Virus record (IMG/VR): IMGVR_UViG_2788500300_000002 | Location: 34,321 to 98,320 of that record | Length of the DNA stretch: 64,000 bases | Source of the DNA: a virus | Strand: one strand, 5' to 3' | Shown here: positions 49,720-60,211 of the stretch, piece after piece | Layout of the letters: every line of letters begins with the position of its first letter | Numbering within the stretch: the stretch's first letter is position 1 | Made by a program: the position numbers and the translations under genes | Notes under the pieces: model-generated | What the model saw: only the letters and a program-made list of their open reading frames with translations | What the model was told of the DNA's origin: nothing | The model's database searches: none

Positions 49720-50171
49720 GCGGCGGCCTCAACCTCCACAACATCGTGCGCGGCGCAATAACGGCGGTACACCCGGACGAGACGGTGACTCTCTACCAGT
49801 CTACAGGACAGGTCAACAGCTACGGAGTTGTAACTGCACAATACGCCGCACCGCAGACGGTCAAAGCACAGGTGCAGAGCGCTAACAACGCAGACCTTGA
49901 GCTTGTCGAGCGGACGAGCCAAAACACCGTCATTATGCGGTTCTATCTCTACGCGAGCGCGGCAATGCCGCCCGCTCCGATAGATCGCCCGTTCGCACGA
50001 AACGGCGACATGATAAAGCGCGCTGACGGTACATGGTGGCTCGTGACCGCATCGCCGGACGATTTCGCAGGCGTCGGCTGGGTGTGCGTCCTCGGTACAT
50101 TGCAGGAGCTTCCGCCCGCCGGTATAGACGAGGGAGGCGGCGACGATGGCGACTTTCCCCCCGCCGCTTAA
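49716..50171 (+). CDS. Head-tail joining protein
   Basis: LNLHNIVRGAI..V.P; synteny. Confidence 0.65.
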   Translation: MSGGLNLHNIVRGAITAVHPDETVTLYQSTGQVNSYGVVTAQYAAPQTVKAQVQSANNADLELVERTSQNTVIMRFYLYASAAMPPAPIDRPFARNGDMIKRADGTWWLVTASPDDFAGVGWVCVLGTLQELPPAGIDEGGGDDGDFPPAA

Positions 50172-50748
50172 CTTCAAGGCCGTAGACGAGCCGGACGTGT
50201 ACCGCGCCGTCTATGACTTCATCGAGACCTTCGGGCTTCCGGCAATGGCGGACGCCTCCAAGACTGGGCGCATCTTCCGCGGCTGGTCGAACCGTATGAG
50301 CCTGCCGCACGACAACGAATACGCCGTCATGTCTATCATCAGCCATTTTAGGCGCGGCACGAACGTCGAGACCTTCGACGCTTCACAGGCCGCCATAGAC
50401 GAGGACGGCGTACTCACTACCTCGGAGCTGATACTCTGCGACGTGCAGATAGATTTCTGCTCCGACCCGCACACAGGGCGCGACTTCGCGCGGCGGCGCG
50501 CGCAGTCTATCGAGACTGTAGCGCGTTCGTCTTTCGGCCCGCAGTTCTTCGCGCAATATGACATGGGATGCTTATACGCGACGGACGCGCAGGATTTGAG
50601 CTTCATCGGTGACGCAAAGCAGTACGTCAGCCGTTGGATGACCACCGTACGGCTCTCCTTCTGGACGGCGGTCTCGGCTGAATTGCCGTGGTTCGACGCC
50701 GTGAACCTCAAGCGGCTTGAAAACGTGGACGCACACCACAAGCCCTAA
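50146..50748 (+). CDS. Tail terminator-like protein
   Basis: Position before the sheath; VQIDF and RWMT motifs. Confidence 0.6.
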   Translation: MATFPPPLNFKAVDEPDVYRAVYDFIETFGLPAMADASKTGRIFRGWSNRMSLPHDNEYAVMSIISHFRRGTNVETFDASQAAIDEDGVLTTSELILCDVQIDFCSDPHTGRDFARRRAQSIETVARSSFGPQFFAQYDMGCLYATDAQDLSFIGDAKQYVSRWMTTVRLSFWTAVSAELPWFDAVNLKRLENVDAHHKP

Positions 50749-50824
50749 CACACGCGAAACACACGAAAAAACGCACGGCGTGCGTTGCAAACACACGCCA
50801 AACGCACAAAAAGGAGTGATAAAT

Positions 50825-52327
50825 ATGCCTATACCGGCATCATGGATTGTGTCGATAAATCCGAGGCTGATACAGCCCGGAGGCACAGACCTAGAGTTTA
50901 ACGGGCTAATACTGACAGAGAACACGCTCATGCCGCTTTCGTCGATGGTCATGGAGTTTACGACCGCCGACGCGGTAGGCTCGTACTTCGGCCTCGACAG
51001 CGCGGAGTACGCACAGGCGACGCAGTATTTCCTTGGTTATAACAACTCTTTCGCGAAGCCGAAGCGTCTCATGTTCGGCGCGCGAGTAAGCGAAGCCCGC
51101 GCTGCGTTTTTACGCGGCGGCAAGTTCACGGGCACGCTCGCCTCGTTGCAGGCGGTCACTGACGGAGCGATGAAAGTCACCATCAACGGCACAGTCTACA
51201 CCGTGACGGGGCTTGATTTCAACGCAGACACGAGCTATTCAGACGTGGCGGAGACGATACAGACCGCGCTCGCGGGGGAACTACCCTCTACGACCGTCAC
51301 CTATTCGAGCCTCACGGGCGCGTTCCAAATCAACAGCCCGACGACCGGCGCGGAGTCGACGATAGGCTACGCTTCGGCGGGCGACAGCGGCACGGACGTG
51401 TCCGCCTTGCTCTGCCTAACGGAAGCCACCGGCGCGGTGCTCTCCCAGGGCAGCGATGTGCTGTCAGAGACCGCAAACATGGCGGCTATCAAGCAGCAGA
51501 CGCAGAACTGGGTAACGTTTACGACGCTCTACGAAGCGGAGGACGACGAGATACTTGCACTCGCAGAGTGGGCGTCCGGACAGGGCGTGGATTATCTCTA
51601 TGTCCCGTGGAGCGTAGACCCGCAGCTCACGACGCAGGGCTCTACGTCGAGCATAGCAGACCAGATAGAGGCGGCGGAGTACGGCGCTACGGCGCTCGTC
51701 TACGCTAACGTGGACACGGCGGTATTCGTTCTCGGTACGGTCGCGTCCATCGATTGGAACCGGAACCAGGGCGTTATCACGACAGCATTCAAGCACGTTG
51801 ACGGGCTCGCTGCGACTGTGACGGACGAGACCACCGCCAACCTGCTTGAAAATAAGAAGTGCAGCTATATCGGCACCTACGCCACTCGTAACGACGACTT
51901 CACGTTCTTCTATCCGGGGGCGATGTTCGGAGATTACAACTGGATTGACACGTATATCAATTCAATCTGGCTGAAGAACGTCATGCAGGTCGCGATTATG
52001 AACGGACTCAACAGCGCGGGGCGCGTCCCGTACAACGAGCGCGGCTATACGCTTATCCGCTCGTGGCTGCAAGACCCCATCAACCGAGCTATCAAGAACG
52101 GCTGCATAGACACGGGCGTAACGCTCTCCGAGTCGCAGAAAGCTCAGGTCATGAACGAGGCCGGCCTCGACATCAGCAACGAGTTGTGGATTAACGGCTA
52201 CTACATACAGGTTGAGGACGCGGGCGCTCAGGTGCGCGTGACGCGCGACAGCCCGAACGTAAGCGTCTGGTACACGTATGCGGGCAGCGTCCAGCGCATT
52301 GTCGTAGCGAGCACTGCGCTTGTGTAG
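50825..52327 (+). CDS. Tail sheath protein (DUF3383-type)
   Basis: IVSINP, FG.DS.EY..A..YF, VPYNERG; start at ATG 50825. Confidence 0.88.
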   Translation: MPIPASWIVSINPRLIQPGGTDLEFNGLILTENTLMPLSSMVMEFTTADAVGSYFGLDSAEYAQATQYFLGYNNSFAKPKRLMFGARVSEARAAFLRGGKFTGTLASLQAVTDGAMKVTINGTVYTVTGLDFNADTSYSDVAETIQTALAGELPSTTVTYSSLTGAFQINSPTTGAESTIGYASAGDSGTDVSALLCLTEATGAVLSQGSDVLSETANMAAIKQQTQNWVTFTTLYEAEDDEILALAEWASGQGVDYLYVPWSVDPQLTTQGSTSSIADQIEAAEYGATALVYANVDTAVFVLGTVASIDWNRNQGVITTAFKHVDGLAATVTDETTANLLENKKCSYIGTYATRNDDFTFFYPGAMFGDYNWIDTYINSIWLKNVMQVAIMNGLNSAGRVPYNERGYTLIRSWLQDPINRAIKNGCIDTGVTLSESQKAQVMNEAGLDISNELWINGYYIQVEDAGAQVRVTRDSPNVSVWYTYAGSVQRIVVASTALV

Positions 52328-52340
52328 GAGGTGAAGCACA

Positions 52341-52790
52341 ATGTCAGTATCCGCTTTTGGCAACGACATAACTTCCGCAAATATCGAGCTTGTTTTCTCG
52401 GCTGAAGAGATATGCCCGAACGGCATCACGGTGCAGCAGTTCTCTGCCGATCAGATGTACTCGTCGGAGGACGAGCAGTTCGCTGAGACTCGCATGGGCG
52501 TGGACGGCTACCTCGCCGCGGGGCAGACGCCGAACATCAAGACGCTGACCATATCGCTTGAAGCGTCCAGCCCGCTCTACGAAACGTTCAAGAATCTAGC
52601 GATGGCGCAGACGCGAAACCGCAGGCCGTACAACTGCACGATAGTCGCGCGCGTTCCGTCTATCGGACAGGTGTTCACGTGGAGCGAGGGCGTGCTGCAT
52701 AACGCGACGTGGGTCCCGAACGCCGCGCGCGTGCTCGACCCGACGCAGTGGACATTCCACTTCCAGAACCTAGACGTGAGCACGATATAA
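52341..52790 (+). CDS. Tail tube protein
   Basis: DITSAN, MGVDG.L..G, LEASSP; follows the sheath. Confidence 0.8.
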   Translation: MSVSAFGNDITSANIELVFSAEEICPNGITVQQFSADQMYSSEDEQFAETRMGVDGYLAAGQTPNIKTLTISLEASSPLYETFKNLAMAQTRNRRPYNCTIVARVPSIGQVFTWSEGVLHNATWVPNAARVLDPTQWTFHFQNLDVSTI

Positions 52791-52813
52791 AGCGGTAATC
52801 AGGGGGTACAACA

Positions 52814-53484
52814 ATGAGACGAATAAAACGTATAGAGCTTATGGACGGTGACGCGCCGCTCACGTTTGAAATAACGCAGATGTCGGCGACGCAGCAGTAC
52901 AACTGGGTGCTGCGTGCCGGGCTTCTGCTTGCCGCGAGTGCGGGCGAGGCCGGAATCACAGTAGACACAAAGACGGACTTCTCTATGGCGTGGGTTGGCA
53001 AAATGTTCCGCGAGCACGGGCTGGGGCTTTTCAAGGGGCTTGCGCCGGAGAAGGTTCAGCCGCTGCTCGACGAGCTTCTGTCCTGCTGCTCGCGCGTCGT
53101 GGACAACGCGAAATATCCATGCACGCGAGAATCCATAGACGGCTATGTCTCCAACTTCACGACCATCGTGCGGCTGCAAATGGAGGCGTTGTCGGTGTGC
53201 TTCGGCGGTTTTTTTACGCAGAAGAGCACGGACGGGAACGGCAAGCAATCCCCGCTCAAATCCTCAAAGGCGGAAACGACCCTCAAAATCCCGCGCCGCG
53301 CTTAGCGGACTACCCCAACGTCAGCGGGCTTATAGGGACGATAGTCTCTCATAAGCTCGCGACGCTCCACGAACTCCAGACCATATACAGCTATGATGAC
53401 GCGCTTGATATGTATGAGGTGATTTGCGTCAACAACTACAACGAGCGCCAGATATTGAAAACGCAGAAGCCGCGGGGGAGGTGA
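52814..53484 (+). CDS. Tail assembly chaperone G (52814-53305) and probable -1 frameshift extension GT (to 53484)
   Basis: T TTT TTT at 53209-53215; the -1 frame is open to 53484 with LATLHELQTIYSYDDA.DM.E. Confidence 0.65.
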
Positions 53485-53488
53485 GACC

Positions 53489-55279
53489 GTGACAATAGAC
53501 GAACTTGTAATCTCGCTTGGGCTTGACCCCAGAGGCGTAAAAGACGGCATGAACAAGGCCGAAGGCATGATACAGTCCGGCTTGTCTAAAATCGGCAATC
53601 TCGTCAAAAACATTGCCGCGCCGATAGCAGGAGCGTTCGCCGCAAGCGAGCTGTTTAACAGCTACGTCAACGGCGCGACGGCGCTTGACCGTCTCTCGCA
53701 GAGCCTCGGCATGGACATAGAGCGCTTGCAGGAGTGGCAGGGCGCGGCGCGCACGGCAGGCGTCGAAGCGGAGGAGGTAGGCAACATCTTCCGCGACATG
53801 AACGACTATATCACGGACGCGACTCGCTTTGACTCCGGCCCGCTCAAAGAGATAGCGGCACAGCTTGGCATATCTCTGACCGACGTAAACGGAGCCGCGC
53901 GGAACTCGGAGGCCGTGCTGCTTGACCTTGCTGACGCTTTTCAGACGGTCGGCGCGCAGGAGGCTACCGGCTACGGTATGCAGCTATCCTTCGACCCCGG
54001 CATGATTGCTCTCTTACAGCAGGGACGCGACGCGCTCGAAGAGCTCTTCCGCGAACAGCGCGAGCTCGGCGTCTACACAAAGCGCGACGCGGAGATAGCG
54101 AAGACCTTTAACCGCGAGCTCGGGGACTTGTGGCAGAGCATGAAGGCCGGGAGCGCAGTCATTTTGCGCATGATAGTCCCGGCTATGACGAAGATGGTCG
54201 ACTGGATAGACAAAGCCGTGAAGTTCATGCGGCAGCATGAAGATTCCGTAGAAATATTTTTCAAAATGTTCGCCGCAGCGATTACAGCGGTAGCGCTCCC
54301 GGCTCTTGCCCGCCTAGCAAAGGCGACGTTGACAAATCCGTTCACGCTGTTAATAGCGGGAGCCGTCGCGCTGGCGCTGGCGCTGGAAGACTTATTCGGC
54401 TGGATGAACGGGAAAGAAGCAGCCTTCGGCGATTTTTGGAGTAAGTTCGGCACGCCGGAGGAAGTCAAGGCGAGTGTAGAAAATTTTATCGCTACTCTCA
54501 AAAACATTCTTCCGACAGTGCTAAGCGTCGGAAAGGTCATCGCTACGCTCGTCGCAGGACTTTGGACATTACGCGGCGCATTCGGAGCAGTCAAACTCAT
54601 TGGCGGCGTAATGTCACCTTTGATAAAAGTTTTTACTCTTGTCGGCAATGTCGGGGGCGCGGTGATAGCTGTTTTAAAGCTTCTCGGATTGCAGCTTGTC
54701 AAAGTCGCAGCCGTCATTATTTCGACGGTAATCCCCGCCGTCGTGAGCTTCACAGCCGCGTTGCTCGCCAACCCTATAACATGGGTAGTTGCCGCGATAA
54801 TGGCTCTCATTGGCGCGTTGTATTTGCTTTACAAGAACTGGGATACGGTCAAGGAGGGCGCGCAAGCACTCTGGGACGGACTTGTCTCTATCTTCTCCGG
54901 CGCAGTTGACTGGTTTAAGGGGATATTCGACGGCATAGTTGACGCCATCGCAGGGCCGTTTATGACAGCTTTTGAGAAGGTTAAATCGGGATGGAACGCC
55001 GTCAAGGGGTTCTTCGGTTTTGACGAGGCGGCAGGCACGACCGGCGGCCTGAATCACATCGGCCCGCTCGGCGGCGGAGCCGGACAGGCTATATCTCCGG
55101 CGCGAGTGGCGGCGGGCGGCAACAGCTACACGAGCGACACGAGCGTCAATATCGGGAAAATCGAAGTGCAGACGCAGGCGACAGACGCGGAGGGCATAAG
55201 CCGCGACATCGGTAAAGGGCTGCAAAAGAATGTGGCGAAGTTCACCGTTAATCAGGTAAACGCGGGGGTGGTGCAGTAG
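53489..55279 (+). CDS. Tape measure protein
   Basis: IDELVISLGLD start; Ala/Gly-rich amphipathic helices; position. Confidence 0.88.
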   Translation: MTIDELVISLGLDPRGVKDGMNKAEGMIQSGLSKIGNLVKNIAAPIAGAFAASELFNSYVNGATALDRLSQSLGMDIERLQEWQGAARTAGVEAEEVGNIFRDMNDYITDATRFDSGPLKEIAAQLGISLTDVNGAARNSEAVLLDLADAFQTVGAQEATGYGMQLSFDPGMIALLQQGRDALEELFREQRELGVYTKRDAEIAKTFNRELGDLWQSMKAGSAVILRMIVPAMTKMVDWIDKAVKFMRQHEDSVEIFFKMFAAAITAVALPALARLAKATLTNPFTLLIAGAVALALALEDLFGWMNGKEAAFGDFWSKFGTPEEVKASVENFIATLKNILPTVLSVGKVIATLVAGLWTLRGAFGAVKLIGGVMSPLIKVFTLVGNVGGAVIAVLKLLGLQLVKVAAVIISTVIPAVVSFTAALLANPITWVVAAIMALIGALYLLYKNWDTVKEGAQALWDGLVSIFSGAVDWFKGIFDGIVDAIAGPFMTAFEKVKSGWNAVKGFFGFDEAAGTTGGLNHIGPLGGGAGQAISPARVAAGGNSYTSDTSVNIGKIEVQTQATDAEGISRDIGKGLQKNVAKFTVNQVNAGVVQ

Positions 55280-55284
55280 TTAGC

Positions 55285-55380
55285 TTGACGTTGTAATCTT
55301 TGGTGTTAAAATATAGCTAACCAAGAGATGAGTATCACAGATACACCAAAACGCCCCGGGTGAGCACCGGGGCGTTCTTG
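55285..55380 (+). ncRNA. Putative type I antitoxin sRNA (about 55319-55380)
   Basis: TTGACG-16-(TG)TAAAAT promoter; 55323-55347 is complementary to the toxin RBS/start region; ends at a GC hairpin. Confidence 0.7.
55349..55378. terminator. Bidirectional terminator shared by toxin mRNA and sRNA
   Basis: AACGCCCCGG-GTGAGCA-CCGGGGCGTT. Confidence 0.8.
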
Positions 55381-55402
55381 TTGCTGGCTGATTGCTGCTA
55401 GC

Positions 55403-55480
55403 CTACTTGTCCAGCCATTTGCAAATGTAGTAACCGGCTACACTTGCCGCGACAGAGACCAAAAAAGAGATGAATATCAC
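55403..55480 (-). CDS. Type I toxin peptide, Fst-like (25 aa)
   Basis: RBS AAGGGGGTG, GTG start, MIFISFLVSVAASVAGYYICKWLDK; promoter TTGGCA-18-TATACT (about 55528-55557, minus strand). Confidence 0.75.
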   Translation of the reverse strand: MIFISFLVSVAASVAGYYICKWLDK

Positions 55481-55556
55481 AAGATACACCCCCTTTCCGT
55501 TGCCGGATTGGGAGCAGCAACCCGCATAGTATAACTTTAAGGGAGGTGGTTTGCCA

Positions 55557-56117
55557 ATGCCGGACAACACCCGCGAACAGTGGACGCTGATGCAGGAGGG
55601 ACGGACGCTTATCACGTTCACCTCCATGCTCGAGACTCACGTCCAGAGCGACAGCGTTGTACCCGAAGAAGCGCTCGAACAGGGCTCATTCGCGGCCTAC
55701 AACCGCACGCAGTATTCCGACGTGTTCCGCGTGCGGCTCGCCATCGAGGGCGACGCCTCGGAGCTCCAGCAGGCGCAGGAAACGCTCAAGAAGCTCAAGA
55801 GCGGCACGGACACGTTCTCGCTCGTCACGCCGGACTATGAGCACGAAAACCTCACGCTCGAATCCTACGACTACATGCGCAACCAGAGGCAAGGCAACGG
55901 GCTGCTCATCGTCGATATGCGTATCAAGGAGATACGCGAGGTGCAGACCGGCACGGCGACGCTCACGACGACACAGTGCAAAAACGCCTCGAACGCGAGC
56001 AAGCAGAAGACGGGGCGCACTCAGCCAAAGGAGCCAAGTGATAAGACAAAAGAGTCCGTAGACAACAGGACGATGGCGAGGGCTCTGGAGGACGCATTGA
56101 CTGGAGGCGGTGCGTAA
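55557..56117 (+). CDS. Baseplate/tail tube initiator-type protein
   Basis: LEQGSFAAYNR, LVTPD; follows the tape measure. Confidence 0.7.
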   Translation: MPDNTREQWTLMQEGRTLITFTSMLETHVQSDSVVPEEALEQGSFAAYNRTQYSDVFRVRLAIEGDASELQQAQETLKKLKSGTDTFSLVTPDYEHENLTLESYDYMRNQRQGNGLLIVDMRIKEIREVQTGTATLTTTQCKNASNASKQKTGRTQPKEPSDKTKESVDNRTMARALEDALTGGGA

Positions 56118-56440
56118 TGCTTCAGATACCGCTCAAAAACCTTCCGTCGCAGGAGTTTCAGGTCGTCCTCGATAACCAGAACTGTACGATATTCGTCTAC
56201 TGGCGCTTCGGGCTGATGTTCCTCGACCTTACCGTCGGGGATAACGTTGTATGCCGCGGCGCTATCTGCCGCAACGGCGCGAGCATCACGCAGTTCCCGT
56301 CGCTCTACTTCCGCGGCTCGCTGCACTTCTGGGACACGCAGGGTAACCAGAAATCGCCGCAGTGGGACGGGCTCGCAGACCGCTACGTACTGCTCTATCT
56401 CTCCGAGGGCGAGGAAGTACCGCTCGCCTTGCAGTACTAG
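56117..56440 (+). CDS. Small baseplate protein
   Basis: MLQIPL...P.Q...V.LD.Q.C; FWDTQG..P.W.GL..RY.L.Y. Confidence 0.7.
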   Translation: MLQIPLKNLPSQEFQVVLDNQNCTIFVYWRFGLMFLDLTVGDNVVCRGAICRNGASITQFPSLYFRGSLHFWDTQGNQKSPQWDGLADRYVLLYLSEGEEVPLALQY

Positions 56441-56451
56441 GAGGCGCGGAG

Positions 56452-57327
56452 ATGCCGCAGTCGTTCTCACTAAAAACCATTCGCACGACGATAACGCTCG
56501 GGCAAGGTACGTTCTCGTCGGGCGGCAACACAAAGATAATCGAAGGGCTTGCCACTGAGGTCGAAGTCTCAAAGCCCGGACTGCCGGAGAAAAACAGCGC
56601 GACGGTCAAGATTGCGAACATTAGGCTTGACGACATGGAGCAGATGACCTTCCTCGCGTTCCAGCCGCTTCAATCGCTCAAAAACACGATTACGATAGAG
56701 GCCGGGATTCAGGGACAGGAGCTGGACGTCGTTTTCAAAGGCGAGATAACAAGCGCCTTCGCGGACTTCTCCGGTGCGCCGGAGGTGTGGTTCAAAATCG
56801 AGGCTATATCCGGCGGCTACGCGGCGCAGATAGGCGCGAAGCCTATGAGCGTCAACGGCGAAGCTCTCGCTGCCGACCTTATCAAACAGTTCGCTACGGA
56901 GATAGGCTACAGCTTCCGCAATGAGGGCGTGACGGCGAGCGTCCGCAACGCCACGTTCAACGGCTCGCCCATCGAGAAAGCCAAAGCCGTTGCCGACGAG
57001 GTAGGCGCGGAGCTGCTTATAGACGACGACACGATGGTGCTCATGGAGTATGACAAACCGCGCGGCGACAACGTGCCGCTTTCGGTCGAGACGGGGCTCG
57101 TCGGCTATCCGAGCTTTACGTCGGACGGCATCGCATGCTCGTGTTTTTACGACCCGAACCTCAAGCAGGGCGGCGCAATAGAGCTGCAAAGCATCGTGCC
57201 GCGCGCGTCCGGGCGCTGGAAGATAACGAAGCTCACGCACAAGCTCTCGGCCTACGTGACGGGTGGCGGCTCGTGGAACACCGCCATCGAGGCGGCCTAC
57301 ATAGGAGGCGGGAATAATGCCAAGTAA
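56452..57327 (+). CDS. Baseplate hub protein
   Basis: Synteny; ETGLVGYPSFT motif. Confidence 0.75.
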   Translation: MPQSFSLKTIRTTITLGQGTFSSGGNTKIIEGLATEVEVSKPGLPEKNSATVKIANIRLDDMEQMTFLAFQPLQSLKNTITIEAGIQGQELDVVFKGEITSAFADFSGAPEVWFKIEAISGGYAAQIGAKPMSVNGEALAADLIKQFATEIGYSFRNEGVTASVRNATFNGSPIEKAKAVADEVGAELLIDDDTMVLMEYDKPRGDNVPLSVETGLVGYPSFTSDGIACSCFYDPNLKQGGAIELQSIVPRASGRWKITKLTHKLSAYVTGGGSWNTAIEAAYIGGGNNAK

Positions 57328-57934
57328 CGGCGCTGTCAAGGGCAACAAGCGGCTCACGTCCGGCTCGTCGGAGTTCAACGCGATGGAGTTCCTCATACGT
57401 AACACGATTCTCGGGCTCGTGAACACCGCCATCCCGGTAATCGTGACGGCGGTAGACGCGGGCGGCGCGGGCGCGGCGACGGGCTACGTCACGGTCAAAC
57501 CGCTCGTCTGCCAGGTGGACGGCTTCGGCGAGACGTTAGACCCCGCCGAGCTGTTCCGAGTGCCTTACGCGCGCGTGCAGGGCGGCGTCGCGGCTCTGGT
57601 AATCGACCCAGTTGTCGGGGATGTCGGCCTCGCGGTCTTTGCGAAGTCCGACTGCTCCAACGTCGCGCAGATGCAGGACAAGCCGGTGCAGCCCGGGTCG
57701 TTCCGCAAGTTCTCGATGTCCGACGGCTTTTACATCGGCGGCTTCCTCAACCGCGCGCCGTCGGTCTACATCGAGGTCAAGCAAGACCAAAGCATAGTCA
57801 TAACGGCATCGGGCGGCGTGACGGTCAACGCGCCTACGGTGACGGTGCCGAGCGGCGACGTGATAGCGTCGGGAAAATCGTTAGTCAACCACACCCATAT
57901 GGGGGTGCATGGCGAGACGTCGCCGCCGCTATAA
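57317..57934 (+). CDS. Baseplate spike (Gp138/gpV-like)
   Basis: DPVVGDVGL, R.FSMSDG, terminal SLVNHTHMGV. Confidence 0.8.
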   Translation: MPSNGAVKGNKRLTSGSSEFNAMEFLIRNTILGLVNTAIPVIVTAVDAGGAGAATGYVTVKPLVCQVDGFGETLDPAELFRVPYARVQGGVAALVIDPVVGDVGLAVFAKSDCSNVAQMQDKPVQPGSFRKFSMSDGFYIGGFLNRAPSVYIEVKQDQSIVITASGGVTVNAPTVTVPSGDVIASGKSLVNHTHMGVHGETSPPL

Positions 57935-57953
57935 GGAGGCAGGCCATGAAAAC

Positions 57954-58310
57954 ATGAAAAAACGCTCTCTCTTACTCAACGACAAATGGGACATCTTTCT
58001 AAGCCCGTCCGGGGACATAGCTCTCACGGACGGGCTTTATTGTGACGCGCAAAACATCGCGAACGCGGTACGGCTCTTCACCAACGACGCATATCTCGCT
58101 AAGGACAAGGGAGTGCCGCACTTCGCGATTGACCTCGGGCTCATGCCCTCCGCGTCGGTCGTCCGCTCGCGCTTCCGCAAAGCGGCGAACGAAGTCGAGA
58201 ATATCGCGGACTCCGAAGTGACGATAACAGACATAACGCCGGGGCGCGTGCTTGAGGGCTACATAGACGCGATAACGGACGAGGGCGAAGCCCTCCGCGT
58301 GGAGCTGTGA
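57954..58310 (+). CDS. Baseplate wedge protein (gp25-like)
   Basis: WDIFL...G.IA, RLFTND.YL..DKGVP. Confidence 0.7.
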   Translation: MKKRSLLLNDKWDIFLSPSGDIALTDGLYCDAQNIANAVRLFTNDAYLAKDKGVPHFAIDLGLMPSASVVRSRFRKAANEVENIADSEVTITDITPGRVLEGYIDAITDEGEALRVEL

Positions 58311-58325
58311 CGGGGAGGTGAGCGA

Positions 58326-59534
58326 ATGGCAATAACTTTCGACCCGCAGACGGGGCTGTCCGCAGAGGACAGCGAGACGATACGCGCCGCGATAGTCGCG
58401 GACTGGCAGGCGATATTTGACGACGAAGACGCGACGCTCAACACCGAGCCGGAGTCTCCGGCGGGGCAGATAATCGACTCTCTGACCGCCTTCGTCACGG
58501 CTAAGGATACCGAGCTGCTCAACATCGCAAATCAGTTCAATCCGCTTGTTGCGGACGGACGCTTTCAGGACGCGATTGCGAAGATATATTTCATCACGCG
58601 AAAGACCGCCGAACCGACGGTCGTCACGTGCCAGTGTACGGGCTTGCAGGGTACCGTTATCCCGCAGGGCGCGATAATCCAGAACACGGACGGATACAGG
58701 CTTTCCTCGGTCGGCGAGGCCACAATCCCGGACACCGGCGTCGCGAACGTCGAGTTTGCGCTCGAGGAGACAGGGCCTATCGACGTCGGCGCGAACACTT
58801 GCACGACGATAGTCACGGTCATACCCGGCTGGGACACCGTGAACAACGCCGTCGCAGGAGTACCTGGGCGCGACGAGGAAAGCCGCGCGGAGTTCGAGGC
58901 GCGGCGCTACGCGAGCGTGGCAAACAACGCGCACGGCTCGGTTGCGGCGGTCTACGGGACGCTGGCTAACATCAACGGCGTGCTCGACGTGGAAGTGCTC
59001 GAAAACAGGGGTGACTCGCCCACGACGCTGTGGAGCGTGGAAATACCGGGGCATTCCGTCGCCATCTGCATTTACGGCGGCGACAACGACGAGATAGCCG
59101 AAGCCATCTACATGAAGCTCGGAAACGGCTGCGGCACGACCGGGAACACCGAGGTTACGTACACCAACGAGACTGGCGGAGTCTACAACTATTACATTCT
59201 GCGCCCCACGCCCCAGCCGGTGCAGGTGCAGGTGACGATACGCGCGACGGAGCGCACGCCCGCAACGATAGTCAACGACCTCAAGGCAGCGATAGTCAAC
59301 GACTTCTACGGCAACGACGAAAATAGCGGCAACACGCGCGTCGGGCTTGCGGAGGTCGTTTACTCGTCCCGCTTCTCGATAGCCGCCATCAAGACCGCCG
59401 GAGTCGTTGACCTAGTGGACATACAGATAGGGCTTAACAACGGCGCTCTGTCCAATTACATCACGATACCGGGCAACGTCGAGCCGGTGCTTACGGAGGA
59501 CGACGTGACCGTCGTAATCGAGAACGATGATTGA
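58326..59534 (+). CDS. Baseplate J/gp47-like protein
   Basis: PESPAGQ, GRDEESRAEFEARR, VPGHS-type motif, GG....IAEAI. Confidence 0.88.
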   Translation: MAITFDPQTGLSAEDSETIRAAIVADWQAIFDDEDATLNTEPESPAGQIIDSLTAFVTAKDTELLNIANQFNPLVADGRFQDAIAKIYFITRKTAEPTVVTCQCTGLQGTVIPQGAIIQNTDGYRLSSVGEATIPDTGVANVEFALEETGPIDVGANTCTTIVTVIPGWDTVNNAVAGVPGRDEESRAEFEARRYASVANNAHGSVAAVYGTLANINGVLDVEVLENRGDSPTTLWSVEIPGHSVAICIYGGDNDEIAEAIYMKLGNGCGTTGNTEVTYTNETGGVYNYYILRPTPQPVQVQVTIRATERTPATIVNDLKAAIVNDFYGNDENSGNTRVGLAEVVYSSRFSIAAIKTAGVVDLVDIQIGLNNGALSNYITIPGNVEPVLTEDDVTVVIENDD

Positions 59535-60198
59535 TTTTCACGAGCTCAACCTTGAGACGATACAGTCTCAGTACGGCGCGAGCCCGCACCTCCGCGGAAT
59601 CATCGAGGCGGCGGCGAAGCGTATAGACCCTAACAGCGACATCAACACGTTTTACGAGAAGATTTTCAATCTCGACACGGCGGAAGGCATAGGACTCGAC
59701 ATCTGGGGGCAGATAGTCGCCGTTCCGCGCCGCATGTTGGTGCCGAGCGGCGAATACTTCGGCTTCGACGGCTCACAGCTCAACCCGTTCAACCAAGCGC
59801 CGTTTTACAACTCCGCGACCCTGGGCGAGTTCTACGAGCTAGCCGACGAGGCTTACAGAAAACTCATCTACTACAAGGCTATGGCGAACATCTCCGAGGA
59901 CACAGCGGAGGCGCAGAACCGGCTGCTGTCGCTGCTCTTCGGCGACGTGGTAACGTCCATCGGCCTTGAGGGCATCGTCCCAAACGGGATTATGAAGATA
60001 CGAGTTATCTTCTACTTCTACCTTTCGAGCTACGAAATCGAGATTTTTAAGAACTACGGCCTGCTCAACCGCGGCGCGGGCGTCGGCTGGGAATACTACC
60101 AGATCGACCCCGACCGTACTTTTGGCTTCGACGGCTCAGGCTTACAGCCGTTTAACCAGGGGACGTTTGACGGCTACGGCATTGTGCAGGGCGCATGA
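59527..60198 (+). CDS. Baseplate wedge (DUF2612-type)
   Basis: SQYG.SP, TAEGIGLDIWG.IV, L.DEAYR..I..KA. Confidence 0.85.
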   Translation: MIDFHELNLETIQSQYGASPHLRGIIEAAAKRIDPNSDINTFYEKIFNLDTAEGIGLDIWGQIVAVPRRMLVPSGEYFGFDGSQLNPFNQAPFYNSATLGEFYELADEAYRKLIYYKAMANISEDTAEAQNRLLSLLFGDVVTSIGLEGIVPNGIMKIRVIFYFYLSSYEIEIFKNYGLLNRGAGVGWEYYQIDPDRTFGFDGSGLQPFNQGTFDGYGIVQGA

Positions 60199-60211
60199 AG
60201 GAGTGTGAGAC

